43,466 nt of DNA from IMG/VR virus record IMGVR_UViG_3300037657_000249, positions 1 to 43,466 of that record, one strand, 5' to 3'. The notes under the pieces are model-generated. The model did not search any database, was not told the DNA's origin, and saw nothing but the letters and a program-made list of their open reading frames with translations. Position numbers and translations under genes: made by a program. The stretch is from a virus (Duplodnaviria > Caudoviricetes). Shown here piece by piece: positions 9,010 to 16,030 of this stretch (positions are counted from its first letter, which is position 1; each line of letters opens with the position of its first letter).

Positions 9010-9443
9010 ACGGGGGTCCCCGCGTCTGCTTCTGTCTCCTCCATGTGCGCGTCGACGACGGCGCGCGGCGCATGTGCGAGGAGCAAACTCTCGGCCCGGC
9101 GGAGTCGTACCAGTAGCCGGGCGAAGGTCGCGATCGTCAGCACGGCGTACCCGGCACCAACCGGGCGACGGGCTCGCTTGACGAACGCAACGCCGTAGGG
9201 CTCGCCTGCCCGGACCTTCTGCACCTCCGCGCCGTCGAGGCCCTCGCGGATCGCGTCCTCCCACGAACGCCAGTTCTTCGCCTGGGCGATGAACGGGGAG
9301 AGGCCGTGAAGGTCCCCAGTGTCAGCGAAGCCCTCTTGAGCGACGCGGCGCGGGGCGAGCCCGAAGCGGCCGTCGAAGAACGCGGCGAGAGCCTTCACGA
9401 GCGCGGTCTCCCATGCGGTGCCCTTCGCTTTGTTGGCGCTCAA
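9006..9443 (-). CDS. Holliday junction resolvase (Hjc-like PD-(D/E)XK)
   Basis: NKAKGTAWE...D-x-GDL...QAKN motif. Confidence 0.85.
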   Translation of the reverse strand: MSANKAKGTAWETALVKALAAFFDGRFGLAPRRVAQEGFADTGDLHGLSPFIAQAKNWRSWEDAIREGLDGAEVQKVRAGEPYGVAFVKRARRPVGAGYAVLTIATFARLLVRLRRAESLLLAHAPRAVVDAHMEETEADAGTPV

Positions 9444-9517
9444 ACTGCATCCTCGTCGACGGCGCGCGCAACCTCGCGGGCCGTCTGGGCGGCGGTGTCG
9501 TCCGGTTGGTCAGCCAA
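9440..9517 (-). CDS. Small hypothetical protein, 25 aa
   Basis: TTG start after GAAGGAG; overlaps both neighbours (TTGA coupling to the resolvase). Confidence 0.45.
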   Translation of the reverse strand: MADQPDDTAAQTAREVARAVDEDAV

Positions 9518-9785
9518 CGTAGAACTCCTTCCGTAGGCGCTCTTCCTGTTCGAGCTGCCACCGTTCGTCGAGTAGCTCTGCCGCGACCTCGCGGATTGCC
9601 GCCTCCCAGCGCTGGAAGTGGTGAGCACAGAAGAGGAGGTCGACGCCGACGATCTCGGCCGCGACGTAGGCGCGAGCGCCGCAAGCGTCGCAACGGTCAG
9701 CGATCTTGAGGCGCCCGATGCGCGGCTCGATCTTGGGGCGGGGAAGCGGTGCCGTGCGGCGTGCGCCGCGGGTCGTGGGGCTCAT
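9510..9785 (-). CDS. Small Zn-binding actinobacterial protein, 91 aa
   Basis: DRCDACGARAYV...LLFCAHH motif; RBS AAGGAG. Confidence 0.8.
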   Translation of the reverse strand: MSPTTRGARRTAPLPRPKIEPRIGRLKIADRCDACGARAYVAAEIVGVDLLFCAHHFQRWEAAIREVAAELLDERWQLEQEERLRKEFYVG

Positions 9786-9877
9786 GTAGTGGACTCCTTG
9801 GGTACGGGGAAGGCCCCCGCCTAGCACAGCTCGGGGGCTGCGATCTCAGACGGGGGCCTTCGGGGTGCGAGTGTCGG

Positions 9878-10594
9878 CTACGCCGCGCCCTTGATCTTGA
9901 GCACGGGCTTGGTGTACTGCACGACCTGACCGGCGCGCGGGCCGTTCTTCGCGGTGAACGACACCTCTTCGAGCGAGAGCGTCGCCGCGACGCGGCCGGT
10001 CTCGGAGTCGGAAGCGTAGTCCGCGAGGTCGCCCTCCACGTCCGCATAGGCGAGGTCGCTCGCCATGCTCCACGAGCCGGTCTGGAACTTGAAGATTCCG
10101 AGATCGGGGTTGTCTGCGAGGCGGAAGTAGATCTCGATCTGTGGCTCCGCGCCGATGCCGTCCCTGGCCTTCTGCTTGCGCTCCGCGAAAGTGAGCTGGG
10201 CGTCGGGGTCGGGCTGGCCCTTCTGATCGTCCGGGTAGGTGAGCGTCTCGCCGTCTCCGGCCTGAATCGGCTTACCGTTGCGGCCCCAGAGGATCATCTG
10301 CTGGCGGATTGCCTTGGTGCCTTCGAGGATGATCTCGACGCTCGGCGATGCCGAGAACACTTCGAGGTTGTCCTCGCCCTTGGCCTCCCATTCCTGGGGG
10401 GCGTCACCTCCGAGGAGGTCGAAGATCGCGGCGGCGACTTCGGGGTCTCCGGTCGTCACGCGCCAATCCGTCAGGGCGGCGGGGCGGCCGTTGAGCTGGT
10501 AGCCGGAACGGAACCGGCCGACAATGTCGTCCGCGAACCGCTGGCGCGGCTTCTGCTCGGTGCTGGGGTCATTTCCGAAAATGCGAAGCGCCAA
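9878..10594 (-). CDS. Recombination directionality factor (phiC31 gp3-like), 238 aa
   Basis: GRFRSG...WRVTTGDPEVA...FRLADNPDLGIFKFQTGSW...YTKPVL; TTG start after AGAAGGGAGG. Confidence 0.8.
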   Translation of the reverse strand: MALRIFGNDPSTEQKPRQRFADDIVGRFRSGYQLNGRPAALTDWRVTTGDPEVAAAIFDLLGGDAPQEWEAKGEDNLEVFSASPSVEIILEGTKAIRQQMILWGRNGKPIQAGDGETLTYPDDQKGQPDPDAQLTFAERKQKARDGIGAEPQIEIYFRLADNPDLGIFKFQTGSWSMASDLAYADVEGDLADYASDSETGRVAATLSLEEVSFTAKNGPRAGQVVQYTKPVLKIKGAA

Positions 10595-10643
10595 GCGGCG
10601 CCTCCCTTCTTGTAGTTGGACCGTCCCGAATGCGGGACAACGG

Positions 10644-10673
10644 AGAAGGGGGCCGGTGAATTGTTGGTGCTCA
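10644..10673 (-). promoter_or_regulatory. Phage-specific promoter motif
   Basis: TGAGCA-N13-GGCCCCCTTCT; predicted +1 at 10638. Confidence 0.75.
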
Positions 10674-11402
10674 CCCGGCGGCGCGGAGGATATCCGCCGT
10701 CGGCGGCATTGCGAAGAGCCGGTCGACGGCGCGCTTCCCCCGGTTGTCCCGAGCGGTCGAGACGTGTCGCTCTTGCGCCCACACCTCGTCCCAGTCGGAC
10801 GGGGCGGCGTACTCGGAGACGAGCACGAGGGCGCCGCGGTCGGTCCACTCGCGCATCGCGTCCCAGAACTCGACCGAGTCGAACGCCCCGGCACCCGCGT
10901 AGGCGAGTGTCCCGGCATAGGGAGGGTCGGCGTAGACGACGCTGCCAGCGTGGGCGAGGTGTCCGAGGTCGCGGTAGTCGGCGTGCACGAACTCAGCGCG
11001 CGGCATCGCTGCGGCACGCTTCGCGATCGAGCGCGAAGCGGTGCGCGCGAAGTTGCGGTCGCTCTGCGGGTCGCGGGCGAACCCACCGAACCACTTCCCG
11101 CCGAACGAGCACGGGAACCCGGCGAACGCGCGGAGCGCCGACGGTGGGGCGTCACGTAGCGCGTCGTACTCCTCCTCGGTGAGGTGTTCGGGCGCGACCC
11201 ATCCGGCGACCGACTCGGTCCACAAGTGGACGAGGTCCTCGACGACGTCGGCGCCGATCGCGCGCTCGAAGTGCGGGGCTACGCGGTGAAACACTGCGGC
11301 CGACCCGACGAACGGCTCGACGTAGGTCGATCGCCCGGGAGCGAGCGACGTCAGAAGGTTGGCGATTGGTGCGGCTATGCGGGCCTTGCCGCCTTGGTAC
11401 AT
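10671..11402 (-). CDS. D12-class (Dam-like) N6-adenine DNA methyltransferase
   Basis: YQGGK, YVEPFVGSAAV (motif I), VYADPPY (motif IV); alternative GTG start at 11405. Confidence 0.92.
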   Translation of the reverse strand: MYQGGKARIAAPIANLLTSLAPGRSTYVEPFVGSAAVFHRVAPHFERAIGADVVEDLVHLWTESVAGWVAPEHLTEEEYDALRDAPPSALRAFAGFPCSFGGKWFGGFARDPQSDRNFARTASRSIAKRAAAMPRAEFVHADYRDLGHLAHAGSVVYADPPYAGTLAYAGAGAFDSVEFWDAMREWTDRGALVLVSEYAAPSDWDEVWAQERHVSTARDNRGKRAVDRLFAMPPTADILRAAG

Positions 11403-11434
11403 CACTCGATCGGTCCTCTCGGGGTTGTTTCCCG

Positions 11435-11464
11435 AGAAGGGGGCCGGGTGCTGCGCGGTGCTCA
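11435..11464 (-). promoter_or_regulatory. Phage-specific promoter motif
   Basis: TGAGCA-N13-GGCCCCCTTCT; predicted +1 at 11429. Confidence 0.75.
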
Positions 11465-11511
11465 AATGACGAAACCCCCTCGCCCAAGACGGGAGAGGGG
11501 GCTTCGTGGGG

Positions 11512-11667
11512 TCACGCCTTAGGCGGTGGCGCTGGTGCTTGGCGGGCCGACTCGACTACCGCGCGGGCAATGTCCCGGCGGCCCTGCTCAAGCAGAGCGC
11601 GGGCGCGGAGGACCGGATCGGCCTTCCGGCCTTGCCGGAGCACTGCCCGGCGCTGCGCTCGGTTCAC
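11512..11667 (-). CDS. Small basic protein, 51 aa (MNRAQRRA...)
   Basis: GTGA overlap with the upstream gene; NRxxRR N-terminus common in actinophages. Confidence 0.65.
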   Translation of the reverse strand: MNRAQRRAVLRQGRKADPVLRARALLEQGRRDIARAVVESARQAPAPPPKA

Positions 11668-12059
11668 GCCGCCGTTTCCGGCTTCGGGATGCCCGCCGGT
11701 CGGGATACCGCGGGGCCGGGGCTCGACGAGGTCAGCTCCGCGGGCGACCGGAAGTGCGCCACCGAGAGGACCTCGGCGATCTTGCCCGACCGTCTCGATC
11801 CCATGTGTGGGAGGATCAGCGACATTACGGCCGCCGCCCGAGCGCCGGACAGCTCCGTGTGCCACGTCGGCTTCGCGGGTGCCGGGTGGAGCGAGAGACG
11901 GATTTTCGAGTCCATGAGGGACGCCGCACGTCCGACCACGTCGCGGTCGGTCATGGCGAGACGGATTCGTGGGTACTTACCTCGGTGGGCGTCGAAGCTG
12001 CCTTCGCCCTCCAAGAGGCCAGCGAGCCAGAGGAGATCGTCACGGTCTCCGTGGATCAT
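11664..12059 (-). CDS. Single-motif LAGLIDADG-family protein, 131 aa
   Basis: WLAGLLEGEGSF motif followed by MTD-x-DVV. Confidence 0.8.
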   Translation of the reverse strand: MIHGDRDDLLWLAGLLEGEGSFDAHRGKYPRIRLAMTDRDVVGRAASLMDSKIRLSLHPAPAKPTWHTELSGARAAAVMSLILPHMGSRRSGKIAEVLSVAHFRSPAELTSSSPGPAVSRPAGIPKPETAA

Positions 12060-12424
12060 GCGGCCACCTTTCCAGTGTGTAGCCCCGCCGAGGCGAGGAA
12101 GTCGGCAACGGGTGCGACGCTCAGGCCGAGCGCGCGGCCGAGGGTCGCCTCGATCTGGGCGCCTCGGGACTGCTCCCAGCCGGGCAAGAGCGCGATACCG
12201 TCGACCGTCAGCACGGCCTCGACGTCGCGACGCATGGCCGCGGCGTAGTCGGCGTCGGAGAACTCAGTCACGGGCGCGTCCGGGTCGAACGCCTCGGCCA
12301 GGTCACGCTCGGCCGGGGAGATCACCTCGTACCCCCGGGCGCGGAGCTGCGCGGTGGCGTCGGCAAATGCGTCGAAGTTCCATCGCGGGTATCCGGTCAT
12401 TGGACCGGCGACGTAGAGCCTCAG
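12056..12424 (-). CDS. DUF4406 / nucleoside 2-deoxyribosyltransferase-like protein
   Basis: LYVAGPMTGYP..NF...SPAE...LPGWEQSRGA-x-x-E; start uncertain (CTG at 12424 or GTG at 12484). Confidence 0.8.
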   Translation of the reverse strand: MRLYVAGPMTGYPRWNFDAFADATAQLRARGYEVISPAERDLAEAFDPDAPVTEFSDADYAAAMRRDVEAVLTVDGIALLPGWEQSRGAQIEATLGRALGLSVAPVADFLASAGLHTGKVAA

Positions 12425-12858
12425 AGTGACACCCCCGCGCGCCGTGCGCTGGACGAGACCGCCGCCGGGCCCTTCTTGACCCACGGGAGCCTGACGGCAG
12501 AGAACCCGCGAGCCTCGGACGCGCCGAGGTAACCGGGCTCGATAAGCCCGGCGGCCTCCAGCGCGGCGAGAAGCGCGAAGTAAGCGGACTCGTCGATTTC
12601 GTGGTCAACGTACAGGTGGAAGTGCCCGGGGGTGCTCGACGGGATTAGCTGCGCCGGAAGGTCGAGGTCGATCACGAGCTTGTGGACGCCCACCTTCCCC
12701 GCGACGCGGGAGGTCGTCACGGTTGCCTCCGCGACGTCGACCGTCTCGCGGTACTGGTCAGCGGGCACGTAGCCCGCGTCGATGCCTGGCACGACCATAA
12801 GGGTCTGGCCGGGCAGTGGCGGGCGTTGCAGGACGCCGGGCATGGTTTCCTCGCTCAT
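12421..12858 (-). CDS. Hypothetical protein with AEP-like motifs, 145 aa
   Basis: VIDLD, SSTPGHFHLY, VRLPW; ATGA overlap with the exonuclease gene. Confidence 0.7.
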   Translation of the reverse strand: MSEETMPGVLQRPPLPGQTLMVVPGIDAGYVPADQYRETVDVAEATVTTSRVAGKVGVHKLVIDLDLPAQLIPSSTPGHFHLYVDHEIDESAYFALLAALEAAGLIEPGYLGASEARGFSAVRLPWVKKGPAAVSSSARRAGVSL

Positions 12859-13703
12859 GCGGCACCCGTCGCCGGGCGTGCGCGCGGTGCGCGTCGCTTC
12901 GGGCCACTCGCGACCGCGTCGGCCGGACCGTAGAACGCTGGCGTTCCGACGACCGACGAGCGGGTCTCCTTCTCGTAGTTGAAGACCTCGCGGAGGTGGA
13001 GGAATACCTCGAACATCGCTTCGTCGGCGCGTACTGGAACGAGCTTCCAACCCTCGGGGCGGACGTGGAGCACGGCGGCGCCGTCGGACTCGGGCATAGG
13101 CACACGCCCGCCGTCCTGGCGGATGATCGAGTCGGCGTAACGGTACGCCGCGAGCTGGATTCCGACCTCCTCGTGAATGCCGGACCGGGTCGTCTTGTTG
13201 TCGATCCATACGCGCTCACCTTGGATCGTCGCGAAAGCATCGAACGACCCGGCGTATGCGAGCCCGGGGCCGCGGGAGTCAGACCATACGGTCTCCTCCA
13301 TGAAGTGATACTCAGGCTGCACGACGTCGAGGAACTCGGCGAAGTGCCGGACGAACGGGTCGAGGTCCGGGTGGACGCGGCCCATCGTCTCGCCGCGCGC
13401 CATGCGCTCGAAGAGGTCGTGGGCGGCGGTGCCAGTGTCGGCGGCCTTGCGGGTGTTGCGGTCGGGCGACTTCTTCAGGTGGTCGATCGCGGCGCTCGGG
13501 TCGCGAAGCGTCATCGAGACGATCGTCCCCAACTCCTCGACCGCGGTCGTCGCGACCTCTTTCGCGGCCCAATAGCGGAGGAACTCCTTCGGGAGCATCC
13601 CGACGACGGAGGTCACTCCGGGGACCTTCATTGAGCCGTCGTCAGGGTTGATATAGAAGCGCGAGCCGCCGCGCTTGATCGTGCTTAGTTTCGGGGTCGT
13701 CAC
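12855..13703 (-). CDS. PD-(D/E)XK exonuclease (Cas4/RecB-like), 282 aa
   Basis: PGVTSV, GTAAH, E...YAGSFD...IDNKT...QLAAY. Confidence 0.88.
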   Translation of the reverse strand: MTTPKLSTIKRGGSRFYINPDDGSMKVPGVTSVVGMLPKEFLRYWAAKEVATTAVEELGTIVSMTLRDPSAAIDHLKKSPDRNTRKAADTGTAAHDLFERMARGETMGRVHPDLDPFVRHFAEFLDVVQPEYHFMEETVWSDSRGPGLAYAGSFDAFATIQGERVWIDNKTTRSGIHEEVGIQLAAYRYADSIIRQDGGRVPMPESDGAAVLHVRPEGWKLVPVRADEAMFEVFLHLREVFNYEKETRSSVVGTPAFYGPADAVASGPKRRAPRARPATGAA

Positions 13704-13743
13704 GGTGGACGGGCCTCCTTCTACGTCGGGGATAGGACGTAGA

Positions 13744-13773
13744 AGAAGGGGGCCGGGCCGGTGCCGGTGCTCA
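13744..13773 (-). promoter_or_regulatory. Phage-specific promoter motif
   Basis: TGAGCA-N13-GGCCCCCTTCT; predicted +1 at 13738. Confidence 0.75.
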
Positions 13774-13786
13774 CGGGCGGCGAGGT

Positions 13787-13889
13787 AGTGACGTAGTGAC
13801 GGAAGTTACGTCACTCTCCATTCGGCTTGAAGAGTTAGAGAACCTACTACCCGGATACAGAGTGACGTTACTTCCGTCACTTTCTCACT
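13787..13889. repeat. Nested inverted repeat, copy 1
   Basis: 31-bp arms (27/31 complementary) built from AGTGACG units; first 32 bp identical to the copy at 41897. Confidence 0.9.
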
Positions 13890-14488
13890 CGGGAGCCGTT
13901 CGCGGCGTCGACGATCGCCTCCGCGAGGCCGTTTACACGCTCCACCGCGGCGCCGACCTCGCGGCGTTTCCCGGCGGGGAGGGCGCCGACGGCCGGGATG
14001 GAGACACGACGGAGGGCGGCCTCCATCATTCGAGCGGCGTTCACGATCTCCTCGGCGTCCACTAGCTCGTGCCCGCCAGCGCCGAAGATCGAGAGGGTCT
14101 CGGAGTAGCGCTCTCGCTTCTCGACGGACCGCTCGCGCGGGCTCTCGGGGCGGAGTCCTAGCTCCTCGATCTGCTCGGCTGTGAGCTGCTCGCGGAGCGC
14201 CGCGCCGGAGTGATACCGGACGGCCGCCTGGATCGTCGGGGCCTCGGACGACGGTATGTGCGCTTGCGCCATTGTCTCGCGCACCCAGCGGCGATAAGCG
14301 TTCGTCCTGCCGGTCCAGTCCGGCTCTCCTTCCTGAGTAAAGAAGTGGCGCCGAGCCCATACGAACGTCGCCGCGGTTCGCTTGAGGAGGGCGGTACGGT
14401 CGACGTCATCGCCGCCCTCGTGGTACGCCGCGAGGGCGCTGGCGGCCGTAGCCTGGAGGTCCGCTAGGGATACGTTTCGATCAACCAT
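13877..14488 (-). CDS. Candidate immunity repressor, 203 aa
   Basis: Stand-alone leaderless gene with an operator-overlapped promoter, between the lysis/kinase and exonuclease genes; PDWTGRTNAYR...QAAVRYH motif. Repressor role is inferred. Confidence 0.55.
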   Translation of the reverse strand: MVDRNVSLADLQATAASALAAYHEGGDDVDRTALLKRTAATFVWARRHFFTQEGEPDWTGRTNAYRRWVRETMAQAHIPSSEAPTIQAAVRYHSGAALREQLTAEQIEELGLRPESPRERSVEKRERYSETLSIFGAGGHELVDAEEIVNAARMMEAALRRVSIPAVGALPAGKRREVGAAVERVNGLAEAIVDAANGSRVRK

Positions 14489-14495
14489 GCCCCAC

Positions 14496-14525
14496 ACGCT
14501 AGCTCACGTTTGACGCCTCACGCTA
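14496..14525 (-). promoter_or_regulatory. Leaderless SigA-type promoter with operator (14507-14522)
   Basis: TAGCGT-N18-TAGCGT, 7 nt before ATG; CGTTTGACGCCTCACG. Confidence 0.6.
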
Positions 14526-14546
14526 GAACACGCGCCAAGAAAGCGG

Positions 14547-14595
14547 AAAGACCCAGCCTGTCCTCATAAATGAGGACAAGCCGGGTCTTTGGTTT
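14547..14595. terminator. Intrinsic terminator insulating the candidate repressor promoter
   Basis: AAAGACCC..TGTCCTCAT/ATGAGGACA..GGGTCTTT long stem. Confidence 0.75.
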
Positions 14596-15147
14596 TCAGG
14601 TTCCGAACGAGCGCGCGGCGGCTCTGGCGGCCGAGCGGAGGTCGTCGAGCGTGCCGTTGTTCGCGACGTGGAGCGACACAACGTAGCCGTCGAGGGCGGT
14701 CTCCGAGACGTGCAGGTCGACGGAGCTACTCGACGAGGGCCGCTCGATGCGGATGAGGTGTGCCCCCATCGCGGCGAGCTTCTCGGCCTCGTTCGGGAAG
14801 CGCACGTCGGTCACTACGACGGGGCGTGTGTCCCTGTCGATCTCCGCGAGCGCTGCCCGGAGCCAGAAGTCCGGGTCGATGTTTCGTATCGCTACGCCGA
14901 GGCGTTGCAGGGTGCGGCGCGCCTCCGGGTACTTGTCCTTCGTGGACTCCCAGCCTTTCGCCGCGACGACGTCAGCGAGCCGCGGGCGGGCGCCCCCTCG
15001 GATGATCGGGTCGAGGTCGAGGGCTGCGCTCTTGAGCGGGTCGGCGAAGGCGACGCGGCGGAAGCCGAACTCCTCGACGAGGACTGATGCGAAGGAGTCC
15101 TTGCCGGAGCGCTTCCTGCCGATCAGGCCGACGAGCTGGCGGCTCAC
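14596..15147 (-). CDS. Deoxynucleoside monophosphate kinase, 183 aa
   Basis: GRKRSGKD P-loop, AFADPLK, R-x-x-LQ-x-LG, VTDVRFPNE, H-x-SE. Confidence 0.92.
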   Translation of the reverse strand: MSRQLVGLIGRKRSGKDSFASVLVEEFGFRRVAFADPLKSAALDLDPIIRGGARPRLADVVAAKGWESTKDKYPEARRTLQRLGVAIRNIDPDFWLRAALAEIDRDTRPVVVTDVRFPNEAEKLAAMGAHLIRIERPSSSSSVDLHVSETALDGYVVSLHVANNGTLDDLRSAARAAARSFGT

Positions 15148-15344
15148 TTGGCGGTCCGCGTTGGCGTCGTGGTCGTGTACCGGACGAGGAGCCCGGAGCG
15201 GCGCTCGACGGTCGTCTCGCCGTCGTCCCACGTCACGCGGTAGCGGTCTCTGCCGAGTCCGAGCGTCACGCGCCCGAGACGGCGGCCGGTCGAGTCGGCG
15301 ACGAGCTGCTCGGCCTTCAGTGGGCGACTTGTGCGTTGGGCCAT
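15144..15344 (-). CDS. Hypothetical protein, 66 aa
   Basis: RBS GAGAGGAGG; GTGA overlap with the kinase gene. Confidence 0.75.
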   Translation of the reverse strand: MAQRTSRPLKAEQLVADSTGRRLGRVTLGLGRDRYRVTWDDGETTVERRSGLLVRYTTTTPTRTAK

Positions 15345-15379
15345 AGTCGGCCCCTCCTCTCAATTAGGGGGTGTGCGAG

Positions 15380-15409
15380 AGAAGGGGGCCAGCGTTGCCG
15401 CATTGCCCG
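15380..15409 (-). promoter_or_regulatory. Phage-specific promoter motif (variant)
   Basis: CGGGCA-N13-GGCCCCCTTCT; predicted +1 at 15374. Confidence 0.7.
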
Positions 15410-15459
15410 GAAGCACGAATGGCCCCGCCCTCCGGGTATGGAGAGCGGGGCCGGTGTTG

Positions 15460-15693
15460 CTACTTCGCGGAGACGAGCGGGTTACCCGCTGCGTCCTTCG
15501 GGTCAGCCGTCGGGGTCACGGCACCGCGCGACCAAATGACGAGTACGGCCGTACCGACGAGGTCGATCAGGCCACCGATCGCGGCCTCGGCGGACGGGTC
15601 AATGTCCAGCACTCCGAACACGACGAGGACGTGGACGAGGGCGGTCACAGCGGCGACAATCGCACCGCGGATGATGATGGGCTCACGGTTCAT
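15460..15693 (-). CDS. Holin-like membrane protein, 77 aa
   Basis: Two TM helices, EP at the N-terminus and R-x-x-VTP near the C-terminus; in the lysis cassette. Confidence 0.75.
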   Translation of the reverse strand: MNREPIIIRGAIVAAVTALVHVLVVFGVLDIDPSAEAAIGGLIDLVGTAVLVIWSRGAVTPTADPKDAAGNPLVSAK

Positions 15694-15709
15694 AACTGGG
15701 TTTCCTTAT

Positions 15710-16030
15710 CTAGGGGAGGGGGATGGGGAAGAAACGGTCGAGGAGTTGCGTCACGACGAGGAGGAGACCGGCGCCACCGGCTACCGCCGAGAGCAAGCCG
15801 ACCGGCGAGACCGTCTTACGGGCCTCGACCTCGCGAATGCGCTTCTCGTGGTCGTCGGCGTCGACCGCCTTAGAGGTGAGGTCTTCGACCTTGCGGAGAC
15901 GTGCCTCGTGGTCGTCGAGCTTGGTTCCGTGCTGCCCGAGGACGACGTCGACTTTCGTTTCCATGCGTGTAAACGCGACGAGGAGCGACGCCTCCGTGGG
16001 CGTTGCCGTGGGCGGGGTTTCGGCGGTCAT
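15710..16030 (-). CDS. Lysis-cassette coiled-coil plus TM protein, 106 aa
   Basis: DHEARLRKVE / DHEKRIREVE repeats followed by a C-terminal TM. Confidence 0.75.
   Translation of the reverse strand: MTAETPPTATPTEASLLVAFTRMETKVDVVLGQHGTKLDDHEARLRKVEDLTSKAVDADDHEKRIREVEARKTVSPVGLLSAVAGGAGLLLVVTQLLDRFFPIPLP

Noticed and set aside
11664-12059. LAGLIDADG ORF as an intron or intein element
   Set aside because: Free-standing and coupled to intact neighbours; no interrupted host gene or splicing motifs seen.
12855-13889. Cas4-like gene plus nearby repeats as a CRISPR system
   Set aside because: No repeat-spacer array, no other cas genes, and the nuclease has no cysteines for an Fe-S cluster.
12056-15147. 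Hypermodified-base pathway (deoxyribosyltransferase-like protein plus dNMP kinase)
   Set aside because: No PurZ, queuosine/7-deazaguanine, thymidylate-synthase-like or glycosyltransferase genes recognised.
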